Made by a program: the position numbers and the translations under genes
Part shown: positions 42,190 through 58,899 of the stretch, piece by piece
Layout: the number at the start of each line of letters is the position of its first letter
Position numbering within the stretch: the stretch's first letter is position 1
The notes under the pieces: model-generated
The model's input: only the letters and a program-made list of their open reading frames with translations
Told to the model about the DNA's origin: nothing
Databases searched by the model: none
NCBI RefSeq assembly: GCF_009914755.1
Contig: NC_060927.1
Source: the human T2T-CHM13v2.0 reference genome, Homo sapiens
Reading direction: 5' to 3' (one strand)
Length of the DNA stretch: 64,000 bases

Positions 42190-44689
42190 GAACCATTTGA
42201 GAAACAAAATAAATGTTAGACAGGGAGGTGGGTGTAACTACACAGTGGAGAAATCTGACAAACACTACCTCAACCAGGTCATCAAGTTCAGCATGTACTT
42301 AAATCATGTTGATAGTGTGCACACTTGATATGGTGTGATGAAAATCTTACTTCTGTGATGAAATTTTACTTCTGTCATCTTTTTCTCCAAGCCTCCTAAC
42401 CCTAATATAAACATGAAAAAAAGCACAAAAGAAATTCCAATAGAGAGTCATATTACAAAATATTCAACCAGTACGCCTCAAAATTGTCAAAGTCATTAAA
42501 AAACAAGGATGTTCCCTTTCCCTCATTCTTGCAAATAAATAGAAAAAGGAAAGTCTGAGAAACTGTCATAGCCCAGAGGACTCTAAAGAAATGTGATAAC
42601 TATATGTAATGTAATATCCTGAACGTGACCCTGGAACAGAAAAAGGAACATTAGGTAAAAACTAAGATAATCTGAAAAAAGTATCAATTTTCATTAATGA
42701 TAATGTATCAAAATTTTTCATTTATTGTAATAAAATACCATATGAATGTAAAATAATAATATCAAAAACTAGGTTCAGGATATATAGAAACTCTGTGTAC
42801 TATCTTCTCACTTTTTCTGTAAATCTAAAAGTGTTATAAAATCTGTTTAAAGTAAATTTAAAAATGAGAAAAAGATTCCTTGCAAACATTAATTTTTAAA
42901 AAGCAAGAGTGACTATACTATATTACATAAAGTCAAATTTAATTTCTTTGCATCATTAACATTTATGTATAAAGCTCAAGAAACCTAAAACATAAGAATA
43001 TTACAATTTGAGTTTCATGGTATCTATTCACTAGGATTTCTTTTATACATACTGACTTGAAATAAACAAATTATCTCTATGTTACTGTATTATGTTGAAA
43101 TTCTAAAGGTTAAATTTTATGATGAAATATGCATTTCTCCATGTATTTATCTTTTATGTTCTTGCAAATTTGTTAAGAAAACTGCCTAAGGCTCACTCAT
43201 TTAGAGAAAATAAGAAGAAAAATATTGGGCATTTGGATCAAAATTGGTTATTATATTTGAAAAGATAAAAATTAAATTTTCCATTTGCAACAAGATATTT
43301 CTTATATTCAGACTCAAGAAAAGGGAAATATCTGAATTTAGAAGGCATAGAAAATAATAAAGTCAAAAATTTCTTTTAAATGTAACCTATTCACATATAA
43401 AACTACTATTTTACAATACTTCTCACATTAAATATCAGTGTGCTAAAGGTTATTTCCACTGCCAGTCAAGAATTAATTCATATCAGTATATTATGTTCTT
43501 GTGCCTATTTTAACATTACTGTACATTTCCTTTTACAAATTACTGGAAAAATTATTTCACCATCATTTTGTTTAATGATTAGTAGTTATTGAAAGGTCTC
43601 TATTCCATAAAATAAGTAGAAACAAAAGTAAAATAAATTGTCTATACTTTACTAGATTTAACATTTCCATCAACAAAGAATGCTTTTAGAAATCAGTATC
43701 AATGTCATCAAGCTTAAGTCAACACAATTTGTATAATATCATTCAAAATATCATTGCTTCACAAATTGTTGATATTTAATCAATGAAATTTGAATATCCC
43801 TAAAAAGTGGAAATTCTTTTTACATTACCTTCTAGTTCATTTGATTTCTTTTTATATTTAGGAACTTAGTATAAAAGAAGCCAACTATATCCATAGTTTT
43901 GAGAATTAGGTTGATGTATAAAATTTATGTTAATCATATTCTTTAGAAATATAACATATTACACATTTACGTTTCTAGGAACTTTTCAAATTTCTATTAA
44001 CCTATATATCTGTGGAAACACAGACTACTTAAAAATTACATACATGAAATACCTTAAAAATTAACTCAAAATTTATAAGATGCCCTTGATCTCCGCACTA
44101 CCTCTATGAACTCCAAGATTTCCTATCTTTAATTTGATGGCAACAGAGGGCAAAGAACACAATGTAAAATTATGAGAACCTAATTTATTTGCAGAAGCTT
44201 AAAACACATCAATGAGAAGAACAAGAGTTCTCCTGCACCCCTAAATATTCAAACTCACAAAGTTAATATGATCCCAATTATCTATAACTCACATCTGTTT
44301 CCACTAGATCCCATCATTTTTTTCAATGAAAAACAAGGAAAAATCTCACTCATCCAAAATCTGCCCAATGTAGGGTCAACCACCACCAATTCCTGCTTAA
44401 TTTTTTTTTGAGTAAGAAGTTTTGCCCATTCTAATATCACTAATATGAGGAGAAAACTTATGATGAGTCTATTTTGGTTGAATCTTTCATTCTACTTTGC
44501 AAACTATAACAATATCCTTGTTTAATCACTCATGAGCTCTCAACTATGTAAAGACTGAAGCCTCCCAACCACTTACTCTCACCCGTTTTCACATATCCTC
44601 TAACAAATCCTAGTTTTCCTAAATGCAACCATTTAATAAATAAATAGTGTGTTTTATTTATAATAACACCACTATGAAAAGAGGTAAGA

Positions 44690-45130
44690 ATGAAATAAAC
44701 TAAAAGTGTGAATATGTACATGGAAGAAGATTATAAAAATCCACTGGGATACATAAATGAGGTTTAAAGAGGTTTGTAAGTTATCTCAAAAGTGGAAATG
44801 CATAAATCCCTAAGAAATTAATGTTGAAATCCACTGTGATTTTCATCAGATATTGCTTTGTTTCTTTTCTTCTTTTGCTTACTTTACTCTAAATTTTGTT
44901 ATTGTTTTTGTTGATTTTGGAAACTTAACAAATGAGTATAAATTTGATCTAGTAAAACAAATATTTGTAAATAGCTGGCAAATTGTTTTTTAAAATGTTG
45001 TGAAGGTGATCATACTATAGCAGATACTAAAAAGTGATATAAAATTACAGTAATTAAAACTGAATGGTAATGGTTTATGATGAGACAGATTCAACTGAAA
45101 TAACAATCAGTAATTAATCTAAAGTATAAA
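44690..45130 (+). mobile_element. Ancient L1ME-like ORF2 fragment
   Basis: 'tatagcagatactaaaaagtgatataaaattacagtaattaaaactgaatggtaatgg' resembles the ORF2 YYKA.V.KT.WYW region. Confidence 0.55.
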
Positions 45131-45209
45131 TATGTACCTGTTACATACTAAATACTATGTCAGTGAGCTACTTTACAGTTCCAAATGGCTGGAACCAAAA
45201 TGACTTAAG

Positions 45210-46808
<1,599 letters not shown>

Positions 46809-47159
46809 GACTTAAGCAAAAGATTTTGGTTGACTTAGAGGGTTTAAAAGGTGCTCAAATTATGTCTATGTCATCGGATTTTCTCTTTCTCATCTCCTTT
46901 CTCCTCCCCAAAGTTTTTATTTTCAGCCAGATTTCCACTCCAGCTTTCAAAATAGACATACAGCATAAGGTCCTACCTACATCCTCTCTCATTTAAGTTT
47001 TGTTGGAAAATCACAAAAACACTTTTCAAAAGTCCTAGTTTTTTTGGTGTGTCTGAAATGGCAAAATGGCAATACTGAAACTAATCGATGTGCTAATTGA
47101 CTGAAGCCTGAGTCATTTTCTCTATAGATACAGTTTGGAGATAGAGATTCACTCATTAG

Positions 47160-47160
<1 letters not shown>

Positions 47161-47210
<50 letters not shown>

Positions 47211-47248
47211 TAGAGCTTCACTCACAAGTTATATATATATATATATAT
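47161..47248. repeat. Two (TA)n microsatellites (about 23 and 9 units)
   Basis: Read directly: 47161-47207 and about 47230-47248. Confidence 0.95.
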
Positions 47249-49574
47249 TATAAGTATTCCCTATAATGCTGTTGTCTAAAGGAATTTGTATATCTGCAAA
47301 TGATACATGTCTGGCCTTCAATTTTACGTGTTCTAATTTTCAAGTTTTATTTTATTATTTAAGGGTTAAATATTAAAAATCTGAATATCTATGAAAGAGA
47401 GAATGTTGCAGAACCATGTGATGTAAATCAAGAAGAAATGACATCCCAAATGGAGGTGAATATATTTGTTTTGAATAAAGGAAAGAAACTTTTCTTCTAT
47501 TGATAATAGGGCAATCGGTAAATATGAAGTAAAGCTGGTGGATGGTAGCAGAAGGGAATATTGCCTAATGACCTAAACAGCAAGAAGGTTTACATAAAGG
47601 AAGTAAAGAGGAAATTATGAGGTAAAAACCTTAATGAAAAAGTAAAAAGTATTGAGAAACTAGGGCAATAGGAGATGGAGTTAATAGTCCACTTAAAATT
47701 AGAGAACAAAAATTTTAGTTGCATAAAAGTAAAGACACACAGTTGTATTGTTTTATCCAAAAGTGACTTAAAGGTACTACCTTGGAATAAAGATGCATCA
47801 TATTTGTTTGACTGGGGATTGCACAACAGCTGCAACACAAAGGACAGAAAGTGCAATAAAACTGAGTATAACCATAAGAGATTGATTGATGATGAGATCT
47901 GGGCTGGATAGAAAAGAAAAAGAAAACTGCGGCATAATAAGAAATAGAAAAGAAATTGGAGATCTTGATGAAACGGAAAAGATGTCTATTGACATTGGAG
48001 AGTCATAGAGCAGCAAAAATCTGAGCATGTATCCCAAGAGTGCAAGACTAATTTAAAAGCTGAAGAGATTTTAGAAAATGAGTTCTGGGTTGTGATCCTG
48101 GGAATGAGATTACTGAAGTGGCAGATGAATAAAGGTTATTCATATTTAGCTGAGATTCATGCAAGTTTTAATGTGTCTTCTAGACTAATCCAAGTTTAAC
48201 CCAATGTTGTGATAGAATGGTTCTGTGAGTGGTCAGAAGAATCTGATTTAGTTCTAGATTCTGCACACTCTGTTTTCCAAAATAGATATAGAAATATGGA
48301 AGTTACCATTGATGACAAAAAGATCCCTAAATAGTGTTTAAAGTTTCATTTATGTGTGTGATAATTCACCTGTTCCTTCTTCAAAAAAATGTTATAAGGG
48401 GCTCAATTTGTCAAACATAGCTATATACTTGAGGGATATAAAGAATAATATAACATGATCTCTGCTTCAAAAAAACAAAATGTATGCTAGGCATATTAAC
48501 ATGGAAGAAGACAAAGAATACAGTGCAGAAAAAAAAAGGAAGAGTAGAAGCCAAGAAAGAAATAATAGAGGAGAGTTTCTTATTATCTAAAGTAACTAGA
48601 GGAAAGGAGAGGAAGGAAGGAAAATAGATGTTTTACTCCAGAGAAATTATTTAAGGATAGATTACTAAACTACCAATTAAGATTAAACCCATAATCCTCT
48701 TCATCAAAGACAAAAAGAATGCTTGGATTATCTAAAAACTACCCTAATCAGAAAAATTACTAGAACTTGTTTCATTAATGTCATATTCGAATGATTATTA
48801 GCAAGAAGCAATGCAGCGTATTAATACAAAATTTTAAAATATTAAATTCAATATATTCTCAGATTCTTAAAAATGAATAAGGAAAATTATAAGGCTTAAA
48901 TCTGGGAACATAAAATTTACTCAAACTGAAATGCTAACACATACTATAAAAACTACTAGTAAAATAATTCTAAGACATATATGTCATACTTCGTTTGCAG
49001 TACTTTCCATCTCGTGTTATTCACAGAATGATGGAAAAATGTTTTAGGTTATACCAGCCAAGAAAGTGTGTATACTTTAAATTACAATTTCTAATTTCAC
49101 ATGGGCTAAGAAGACCTTCAAAATCTAATTTACAATGTATTGACATATTTCATTTACCAATGTTCATAACTGTAAATCAGCTTTTCTTTGTGATGCTAAG
49201 ATGAAAACTGGCACCCAGGCTCTGTTTGCTGCTGAGATACAGAGACTTTGGGCACATCTACATAACTCCTAGGACGAATCTATATATTCAGGAATGTCGG
49301 GTAGGAGGAGACAGGCATAACAAACTTGACCTAATATTGAGTCTTATTTTTCTGAGTTAAAGAAAAATGTGTGCAATACAACAACTATCATACAGATTTA
49401 ACTTTTGGTTTAAACCTCAATGTATTAATCTCTCAGTCCTATGGTAGACAGGAAACAGGAATTAAAAGCTGTAAAAGGTATGGTACTAAATTTATTAAAA
49501 CCTTTGGGCACCCAGATAATTCTTTTGAGATCTTTATAGGGATGTAATATAAAAGAAAAAGAATTCTTTTCCAT

Positions 49575-49937
49575 GTATTTGTCAAGATAAATTAAGCTAT
49601 GCTATGTAATGGATAAACACAGAAATCAATCTGATGTGAGTTGGCAAGTATTTCTCCAACTAGTCTTTCTCTAGCTAGAATATTTCAATCACATCATCTC
49701 TCTAAGGTCACAATATTAAAGGAAAAGAAGAAAGCTAAGGAAGGCACCCTAGCTCTTACCTGCCGTGGCCCAGAAGTGCCTTATGGCATTTCCACTCATA
49801 ATTCAATCCATTATTCACTCACAGTGTTTCACCTAACTGCAGGAAAGTTTGCAAAATCAAGTGTTCCCAAGAGTTCAGAAAAAAAAAAAAATGCAAGCCA
49901 GCAGGATTTGGTGCAACCTAGCATTTTATCTTTCTCA
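49575..49937 (-). mobile_element. Old MLT1 (K/L-like) MaLR LTR remnant
   Basis: 'tgtatttgtcaagataaattaagctatgctatgtaa'; 'ccagaagtg...atttccactcataattca', 'cacctaactgcaggaaag'. Confidence 0.5.
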
Positions 49938-52381
49938 CGCCAGCCTGTCACTTGGATGCTGATCAATGTCTACTCAGGGTGCGAACAGTGTTTCTCAGAG
50001 GGCAATGGGTATTAGATTAGCAGGGGGTAACTTGGGAAGGCAGTGGGAAAGATTAAAGCACAAAGTTGAACTCCTTTAGAGTAACAGCTGATCCATATAA
50101 CAGGAGCAGCCATATTTACAGGAGGAAAGGAAACTTCCCTATGATAAGCACCTAGCACAAGTTAGTTATGAAACTTGATAATGGAAAGAAAATGCTGATG
50201 AGGAATGAAGAAACTAAAGTTGCTCATGTTTATTTCATGCTTTCTCTAATTTCTTCTTTTGTTCAATTTGTTAAGGGGACTACTTTTGAATGTCAGTCTT
50301 GTGCAATTAAATAAAATTATTGGTGCCCTGAGGTGTTTATGGGTGAACTCAAGGTGAATTGGATTTAAGTAGTATGTCTTTGAATTTCCATCTTAGAATG
50401 CTCTTATTCTATTCTATTCTGGAAATATCTGTTGCTTCTTTTACATGTAAAACATTACTAGAGGCACTAAGGGAAATAGAGAGTTGAGTAAATGTCTCTT
50501 CTCCCAACAAACATTCAGAAAAAGAGAATAGTGAGTTACATTCAAAAATAATTATGGGGCAAAACAAACAATGGTATGTCTAGTAAATGTGGTACAAAAT
50601 AATGTAGGATATCAACAAAAGGCAACAGGTCTAGTTAACAAATAAAGAAAAACTGAAAAAATATACTTTCTGAAAAAAAATCTTCTCTTTAAATTTATAC
50701 CCAAAAATTCTCATGAATTTAAACATAGGCTTTGATGGAATTGACAGATAATTCCTGATTTGCCCAAACCCCAGAATATAATTTCCATCTTCCTGTTGAA
50801 CATATCTAATATATTAATAGCCCCTTCTTCCTGACTGCTACTGGTTCCACTGTTTTTCCAGCCAAACTGACTTAGAATAAATATGTTAACTTTCCTTTAT
50901 GAATCATTTTCTATATTTGATCAGTTAAGATTCATTTTCCCCCTATTCACACTCTACTTTATCAAAACTGGATATTATTTCTCTGTTATATCTTATAATA
51001 TTTCTCCCCATATGCTCTATCTATACTTTACTTATTTAATATCAATCTATTGATGCATTCCTACATCAGTGCATTCTGCTGTCTGCCTTTCAAAGCCCTG
51101 TCCTAACACAAATACCACACTAGAAAATTAGTCCTAGTCCTCTTAGACAAACGGAATGATAAATTATTCAGAATTTATTTGGTGAATAACTCTTTATTTT
51201 AGTCTATATTACACAGTTTTGCTTGCTTGTTTTATTATTAGCCCCCTCCCCAACCCCCCAGTATTCACCTGCTTGAAGACAGGAAGCATGAATGACTATA
51301 TTTTGAGCTTATTATGTTCTTAATACTACATATTTTGAGTTACAGTGAACTCTGTACCACTTGAAATTGAAGGAGAAGCCACAAATCCAGCAGCAAGAGA
51401 CAGTAAAATACTTTTAAAATAGTCTCTTCAATATTCTATAGTGTATAATTTAAACCATGATAATTAGAGAATTGATTGTATAATAGTATATGTTCAATTT
51501 TTAAATACAGGTATTTATTATTTATAGTCCTTTGTAATACTACAATTTACTAAAATAATGACAGTTTTACTTTCCCAAAACAAGAACACTGTCTACTTAC
51601 AGCCAATATTTTCTTCTGGCCCCAACAAATATAAAAGTTTTAGACAGAAAAAAAAGTGCTCCTATTTACCACTTTCCAACAATGAAAAGTTGCAACATAA
51701 TTAACCCTAGTACAGCTTGCCAAGTCCCACTGAACCTGGCAGGAAAAGGTCAAAATATTTATACATTATTTTATGTTCCAATATTAGTAATAGGTTAAGA
51801 GAAAGCGACAATTTAAGAAAAAAAAATGGACCTTTTAAAGATCTGAAGTAGAAGTACTGTCACGGAAAAAAATTATGGGATCATACAACTCTAGTAAAAA
51901 TGTCAACTTGCCTGTTTCAGTGTTTTATACATTGGTTAGTAATAGTGCCAAGATATCATCTCACAATGGAAAATAATAAATTCTGCCACCATTATCTGAA
52001 ATATATGGGCCCCCACAGAGACTGCTTTTCTTTATAGATCCTGGTGCAGTGTGGCCTCACTTCAGCTCATAAAACATGGGCCTGTCAAAACGTCTTATGA
52101 TTAGTAGAGAAGTATATTTTGAGTGTTTCACAGGGAGGAGTTGGTTTATCCTTCAGAATACAGATTATATTTCAAGAGAAAATGTCTCACACTAGAAACA
52201 ATAAAATTATGATTATATGATGTTTCTGCCATTGTCTTTTGGCAGAAAATGAGCTCATTCATTAAAGTAAGATACTTAATTCTTTTCAAACATATTTAAA
52301 AATTTTATAAGACTATTATAACAATAGAAAACATACAAGTCTAAATTACCAAAATTTTCAGTTGGTAAAACAATAAAATCT

Positions 52382-53972
52382 GTTCATATCCTTGGCTGAA
52401 TTTTTGAGGGGATTGTTTGTTTTTCCTTGTAAATTTGTTTAAGTTCTTGGTAGATTCTGGATATTAGCCCTTTGTCAAATGGATTGACTGTAAAAATGTT
52501 CTTCCATTCTGTAGGTTGCCTGTTCCCTCTAATGATAGTTTGTTTGGCTGTGCAGAAGCTCTTTAGTTTAATTAGATCCCATTTGTCAATTTTGGCTTTT
52601 GATGTCAATTTTGGTGTTTTAGTCATGAAGTCTTTGTCCATGCTTATTTCCTTAATGGTATTGCTGAGGTTTTTGTCTATAGGTTTTATGGTTTGAGGTC
52701 TTACATTTAAATCTTTAATCCATCTCGAGTTAATTTTTGTAGAAGGTGTAAGGAAGGTGTTCAGTTTCAGTTTTTTGCATATGGCAGGCCAGTTTTCCCA
52801 ACACCATTTATTAAATAGGGAATCCTTTTCCTATTGCTTGTTCTTGTCAGGTCTGCCAAAGATTAGATGGTTGTAGATGGGTGGCATTATTTCTGAGGCC
52901 TCTATTCTGTTCCATTGGTCTACATATCTGTTTTGGTACCAGTACCATGCTGTTTTGGTTACTGTAGCCTTGTAATATAGTTTGAATTCAGGTAGTGTGA
53001 TGCCTCTAGCTTTGTTCTTTTTGCTTAGGATTGTTCTTTTTGCTTTGTTCTTTTTGCTTAGGGCTCTTTTTGGGTTCCATATGAAATTTAAAGTAGCTTT
53101 TCCCAATTTTGTGAAGAAAGTCAAGGGTAGCTTGATTGGGATAGCATTGAATCTATAAATTTTCAGAAGAAGACATTTATATGGCCAAAAAACATATGAT
53201 AAAAAAGCTCATCATCACTGGTCATTAGAGAATTAGAGAAATGCAAATCAAAACCACAATGAGATACCATCTCACACCAGTTAGAATGGCGATCTTTAAG
53301 AAGTCAGGAAACAACAGATGCTGGAGAGGATGTGGAGAAATAGGAATGCTTTTAAACTGTTGGTGGGAGTGTAAATTAGTTTAACCATTGTGGAAGACAG
53401 TATGGCGATTCCTCAAGGATCCAGAACCAGAAATACCATTTAACCCAGCAATCCCATTACTGGGTATATACCCAAAGGATTATAAATCATTCTACTATAA
53501 ATATTCATGCACATGTATGTTTATTGCAGCACTATTCACAGTAGCAAAAACTTGGAACCAACCCAAATGCCCATCAATGATAGATTGGATAAAGAAAATG
53601 TGGCACATATACAACATGGAATACCATGCAGCCATAAAAAAGGATGAGTTCATGTCCTTTGCAGGGACTTGGATGAAGGTGGAAACCATCATTCTCAGCA
53701 AACTGACACAGGAACAGAAAACCAAACACCACATGTTCTCACTTATAAGTAGGAGTTGAACAATGAGAACACATCAGTGCAGGGAGGAGAACATCACACA
53801 CCAGGGACTATCAGGGGGTGGGGGACAAGGGGAGGGATAGCATTAGGAGAAATACCTAATGTAGATGACGGGTTGGTGGGTGCAGCAAACCACCATGGCA
53901 CATGTATACCTATGTAACAAACCTGCACGTTCGGCACATGTATCCCAGAACTTAAAGTATAATAAATAAATA
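52382..53972 (+). mobile_element. L1PA7-like, 5'-truncated with a twin-priming inversion (52382-53160 inverted, 53161-53972 forward)
   Basis: Minus-strand ORF2 peptides (52384-52641, 52831-53124) abut plus-strand ORF2 C-terminus (53388-53759) and 3' UTR; TSD aataaaatct at 52372-52381 and 53973-53982. Confidence 0.93.
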
Positions 53973-54087
53973 AATAAAATCTAGAAAATTTCTTTTTTCT
54001 GTATTCATGATCTTAGCTATTTCAAGACACTATAAGAATATCATAATAGTTCATATATGCATAAAAATTCATTATTCAGTCTTTGGT

Positions 54088-54389
<302 letters not shown>

Positions 54390-54849
54390 TATTCAGTTAT
54401 TCTTACACAGGTATCTTAGGTAAAATGGTGGGAGGCTGAGTAGGAATTAACATGTACCTAAAAATGAGATAGAAGATAATTTTATCATCCCTTATGGAAA
54501 AAGATAGTGTATGTAGCAGAAACTCACTTGCAGGTAGAAATCTATATAGGTGAGAACTCTATCCTGAACAATGGACAGAATCCCAGCATAATGAACTGAC
54601 ATGAAAGAGATCCATGGGTCCCATACATTCCTTAATCTGGAGGTATTTATTGACTGGAGGTATTTATTGACATTTCACTTTTCAAATTAGTAGGGAAGGA
54701 ATAGTGAATAAAACAAAGAAACAAACAAAATTATTTTTTCATGGGGCTTACATGATACTGAAGAAAAAGTAGATAAAATTATGAATATATAATTATCTGA
54801 CAAAAATAAATAAATAAATAAATAAATAAAATTGGCTAAGGTAATAGCT

Positions 54850-55423
54850 GGCTTCTCTTAGGCTGTATGAATTGGCAATGCTGGAGAGGACTGGAAAGCT
54901 AGAGAAGGAAGCATTGATGCTGTTTCCTTCCCGTTTCTGACAGAGTCATCTTAGCAATGGGTTTTCCTCCTGATGGTGACAGTTGAAACCAGCAATAGTA
55001 GTTGATCCCAATTTGTTGTCTTTCCAACAATCCCAGAAGTAGTCTCACTGAGTCCCCTCAGAGAAAACATAACCAACTTCTAGCATCTTCTACATGCTCC
55101 TATCCCCACATAACTCCCTCCTTCCTACCCCCAACTTCAGAACACTAGGAAGGGCCAAGCAGTGTTCTCTCTTCATGTCTGTGACTCAGCTCCAAGGTGT
55201 CCTCTCCCAAGTTTTTACTTTTTAGTAATTCAACTTTTTCTTTTAGTTCCACAAGACATAGGAGAGATAGCCGACAGTCACTACTTCTATGATGCATCGA
55301 CATTCTCTTTTTATTATTTTGTTCAGTTCTTCAATTCCTAGTTAATAATTCTTCATATTACATTCTTGGTGTTAAAATAACTTGTATTATTTCTGTTTCC
55401 TAACACAACCCCTCATTGATGCA
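54850..55423 (+). mobile_element. ERVL LTR33-like remnant
   Basis: 3' end 'gttaaaataacttgtattatttctgtttcctaacacaacccctcattgatgca' resembles LTR33-family termini; 5' boundary approximate. Confidence 0.5.
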
Positions 55424-55475
55424 CTCCTAGAATACAAAACTGTAATTCCTTTCCTCAGTCATTACTCCCATGCAT

Positions 55476-55477
<2 letters not shown>

Positions 55478-55517
<40 letters not shown>
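55478..55517. repeat. (CA)20 microsatellite
   Basis: Read directly from the sequence. Confidence 0.97.
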
Positions 55518-55522
<5 letters not shown>

Positions 55523-55800
55523 TAAAGCTGCCTCTTCCAGCACCCTGTATCTCAGTTCATACTACCATCACGCACGTAACTTTACAAGACAGAAACCCAA
55601 AAAAATGTTCTCGAAAACTGTACCACTTCCCCACATTCCAATTACGTCACAAAAATTCAGTTAATTTTTCTTCTTAAATATCTCTCAAACTCATCCTCTT
55701 GTCTTGTATTTCTCTGCCACTTCCCTGATGAATGCCTCCCATTATATATCCTCCTCATTGTCTTTTCCTGGTCTGTAGGTAAAATGATGGTGAACTACTG

Positions 55801-56129
<329 letters not shown>

Positions 56130-56199
56130 GAGATATTTTTATTCATTGCACTTCTATTCTTTAGTATACTGAAACCATTTAAATATTTAAAATGGGTTA

Positions 56200-56600
56200 T
56201 CTCCCCCTCCTCAACCCTCAGCCCCTTCCTTAAAGTACAAACCAAAATCTTTGCCATCTCCCATAAAGTCTTCCAGCATCTGTCCCTTGTGTGTTACTGC
56301 TGGTTCATCTTTCATTGTGTGCCACCTACATTTTGTACTTCACCACACATTTGTGTAGCTCTTTGGTTGTTGCAGGTATCTTTGAAGACTTTTGTATATG
56401 CTGATTCTTCTGTCTGAAATGTACTTCTATCTACAAACTCCCAACTAGTTATCCAAGACATAACCTGCAAAGCTCAGCTCAAATGTCCCTTTCACAGTGA
56501 AGCCTTTCCTCATTGCCCATATTACATTCAGCCTTTCCTTTTTTACAGCTCTCATAGCATCAGTATATTTCTTCAGAATCCACCTCATTGCTCTGTAATA
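56200..56600 (+). mobile_element. L2 3' fragment
   Basis: 'gctgattcttctgtctgaaatgtac', 'ctcagctcaaatgtccctttcacagtgaagcctttcct'. Confidence 0.6.
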
Positions 56601-58899
56601 ACCACTCATGCAATATGTGTAAACAAGAATAAATTCCATTTAGTGTCAATCAAATATGAAGGTTTAAAATACAAATTAAATTTTATATTGCGAGACTATC
56701 TGACCAGTGGTTAACACATGGCTTTATCTGCCCCTAAGTCAAAACTTTCAAAGAAATGTTCAAGGTTTACAATTAACATGTTCACTGGATTAACGTTGTT
56801 TAAAATGATTTATTAAAATATCATTCTGATTTTAATAATGTAAGATTCATTCAGTTAAACAAAATTAATGTTTGGACTTCTCAAAATATTTCGTCTTTTA
56901 ATAATGATTCCAAAGATGATATATTAGTAAATTTTATACATATAAAATAACATTCATTATTTTTAAAATACCTTTTGTAGGGCAGTAGGATTTCTGCTAG
57001 TATTTAGGATATATTTCTTAGAAAACACACATACAGTCCTAGGTGTACATCTGCCTTTTATGGCTTTTTGTAAGTACTGTAATTTTGAAAAATAATGATT
57101 CATATATTCTAATGTTGTGTAAAAACTGTATGTCATACTAAATAAAATAACTCGAGTTTCTAAATTATATGAAAAATCTGGGGTTTAATTTTAAACTTTT
57201 AATAAATCACTCCGAAAAATTTATTAATTTAAACCAGTTGGGTGAATGAATGCAATTCTAATCAGCTCTTGATATTTCTTAATTTTTTTGATTCTGGCAC
57301 CATTCTTTCTCTTTTTGGGTTTTATTGCAATATAGGTTTTTTATTCCATTATCATCACAATCAGTTTTTAATCAGGTACTTATATTAGGTAATAGGTGAA
57401 GTGTTTATAAAATATTTAATAAAATGTGGGAAATTAATTTTGTTTTTTTCTATTAATATTTTCAGAGTTCCTTATAATTCAATTAAAAGTTTTATTCTAT
57501 TATGTAAAAATACTTGAATAGTAAATATATCAAATTTAGCAGTAATGGCTAGAAAAAATTTAAATTAATATATCTTTAAATATTTTCTTTTACTTTTTAC
57601 TGAAACAATATATTCTTGAAAGTAAAATAGTTATAAAAAATATAATACTAACAATATTACAAAGGAAAAATTACTAATATTTAATACATTTCTTCTTATT
57701 CATTTCTCAAGAGGAAGATAATTTTTAATAGCTTAGCTGTTTCTCCTAATATTTATTTACATATTTCTAAATTATATGCTAGAATGATGTCTGGATATTT
57801 CAATTGTATTCATGGACATTGTATTAGATTAAAATTTTGTTACCTTACACTATTATTTTATCTACTCCATTCTTCTAATTCTAATGTCAATAACAATTCA
57901 ATCAATACAATGATTACGTAAAGATTATTCACTGCTAATGTAATTAATACTGTCTGATCATTTACCTTGTCATGTACAGTCTGCAGTCTCTTGGAGATTA
58001 TTTTCTCAATTTTACATGCATACCTTTTAAAATTTTTCTTTCAATTTTTCCAATTTTTCCATCAAGTCCGTCATTTGCCTATTCTCATTTGAAATTTCTA
58101 AATATATGAAATATTCTATGAAGTCCTCCTTCTCTTTTAATTTGCTACTGTCTTTCTCCCAGATCTTCTGCTATTCTAATGCAAAGCAAATGATCTCTAG
58201 GTGGCTGAAATACTGTCATACTTCAACTTGTCTCCGCAGCATTTCTGAGTTTAATACACTATTTAATTCATCCCATATGTTTCTATTTCTGGTTTTACTA
58301 CACTGTTCTACTGGCAAATAACAATGGATAAAAGATGATGATTTAATATATAGGTCATAAATTCTTGAGTCATATCAGATTTAAACAAATCTTCACTCTC
58401 ACCTTCCATGTAATACATAATTTGATTAGGCATGGCATTCAAGATTTAAAATAATTTTTTCCGGTATTTAAAAAAGAATTTACCATGCATCCTAATATCA
58501 AGTATCACTGTTGATCTTTTCAATATCATTTTGATCTCCCTTTCTTTGTGTTTGACTTAATTTTTTCTTATTAACTTAATTATCTTTTTATTTTCTAAAA
58601 GTACTGTTAGATTTTGATCATACTGGTTTTGTCTCAAACATTTTTTTTAATCTCTCATGGGTTTAAAACACTCACTTGTTCTATTCTCTGAAATAATTTT
58701 TAAATTTTTATTTAAATAATCCTCTTTTGTAATATATCAGCAGTAATAATTTATTTGTAAAACAAATTGTTCTTGTCTTCTGAGTTTCCCATAGCACCAT
58801 ATATCTTTCTGAGAATATCAAGTAGAGAATTTTGAAGTTATTTATATCTTCTAATTTCTCTCTTTTTTCAGTCCTCCTCACCCCCCTTTTTTGGTAGTT

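Noticed and set aside
49641-50015. 124-aa ORF
   Set aside because: Non-ATG start, overlaps an old MLT1 remnant and an A-run, no recognisable domain.
55470-55677. His/Thr-repeat ORFs
   Set aside because: Translation of the (CA)n microsatellite.
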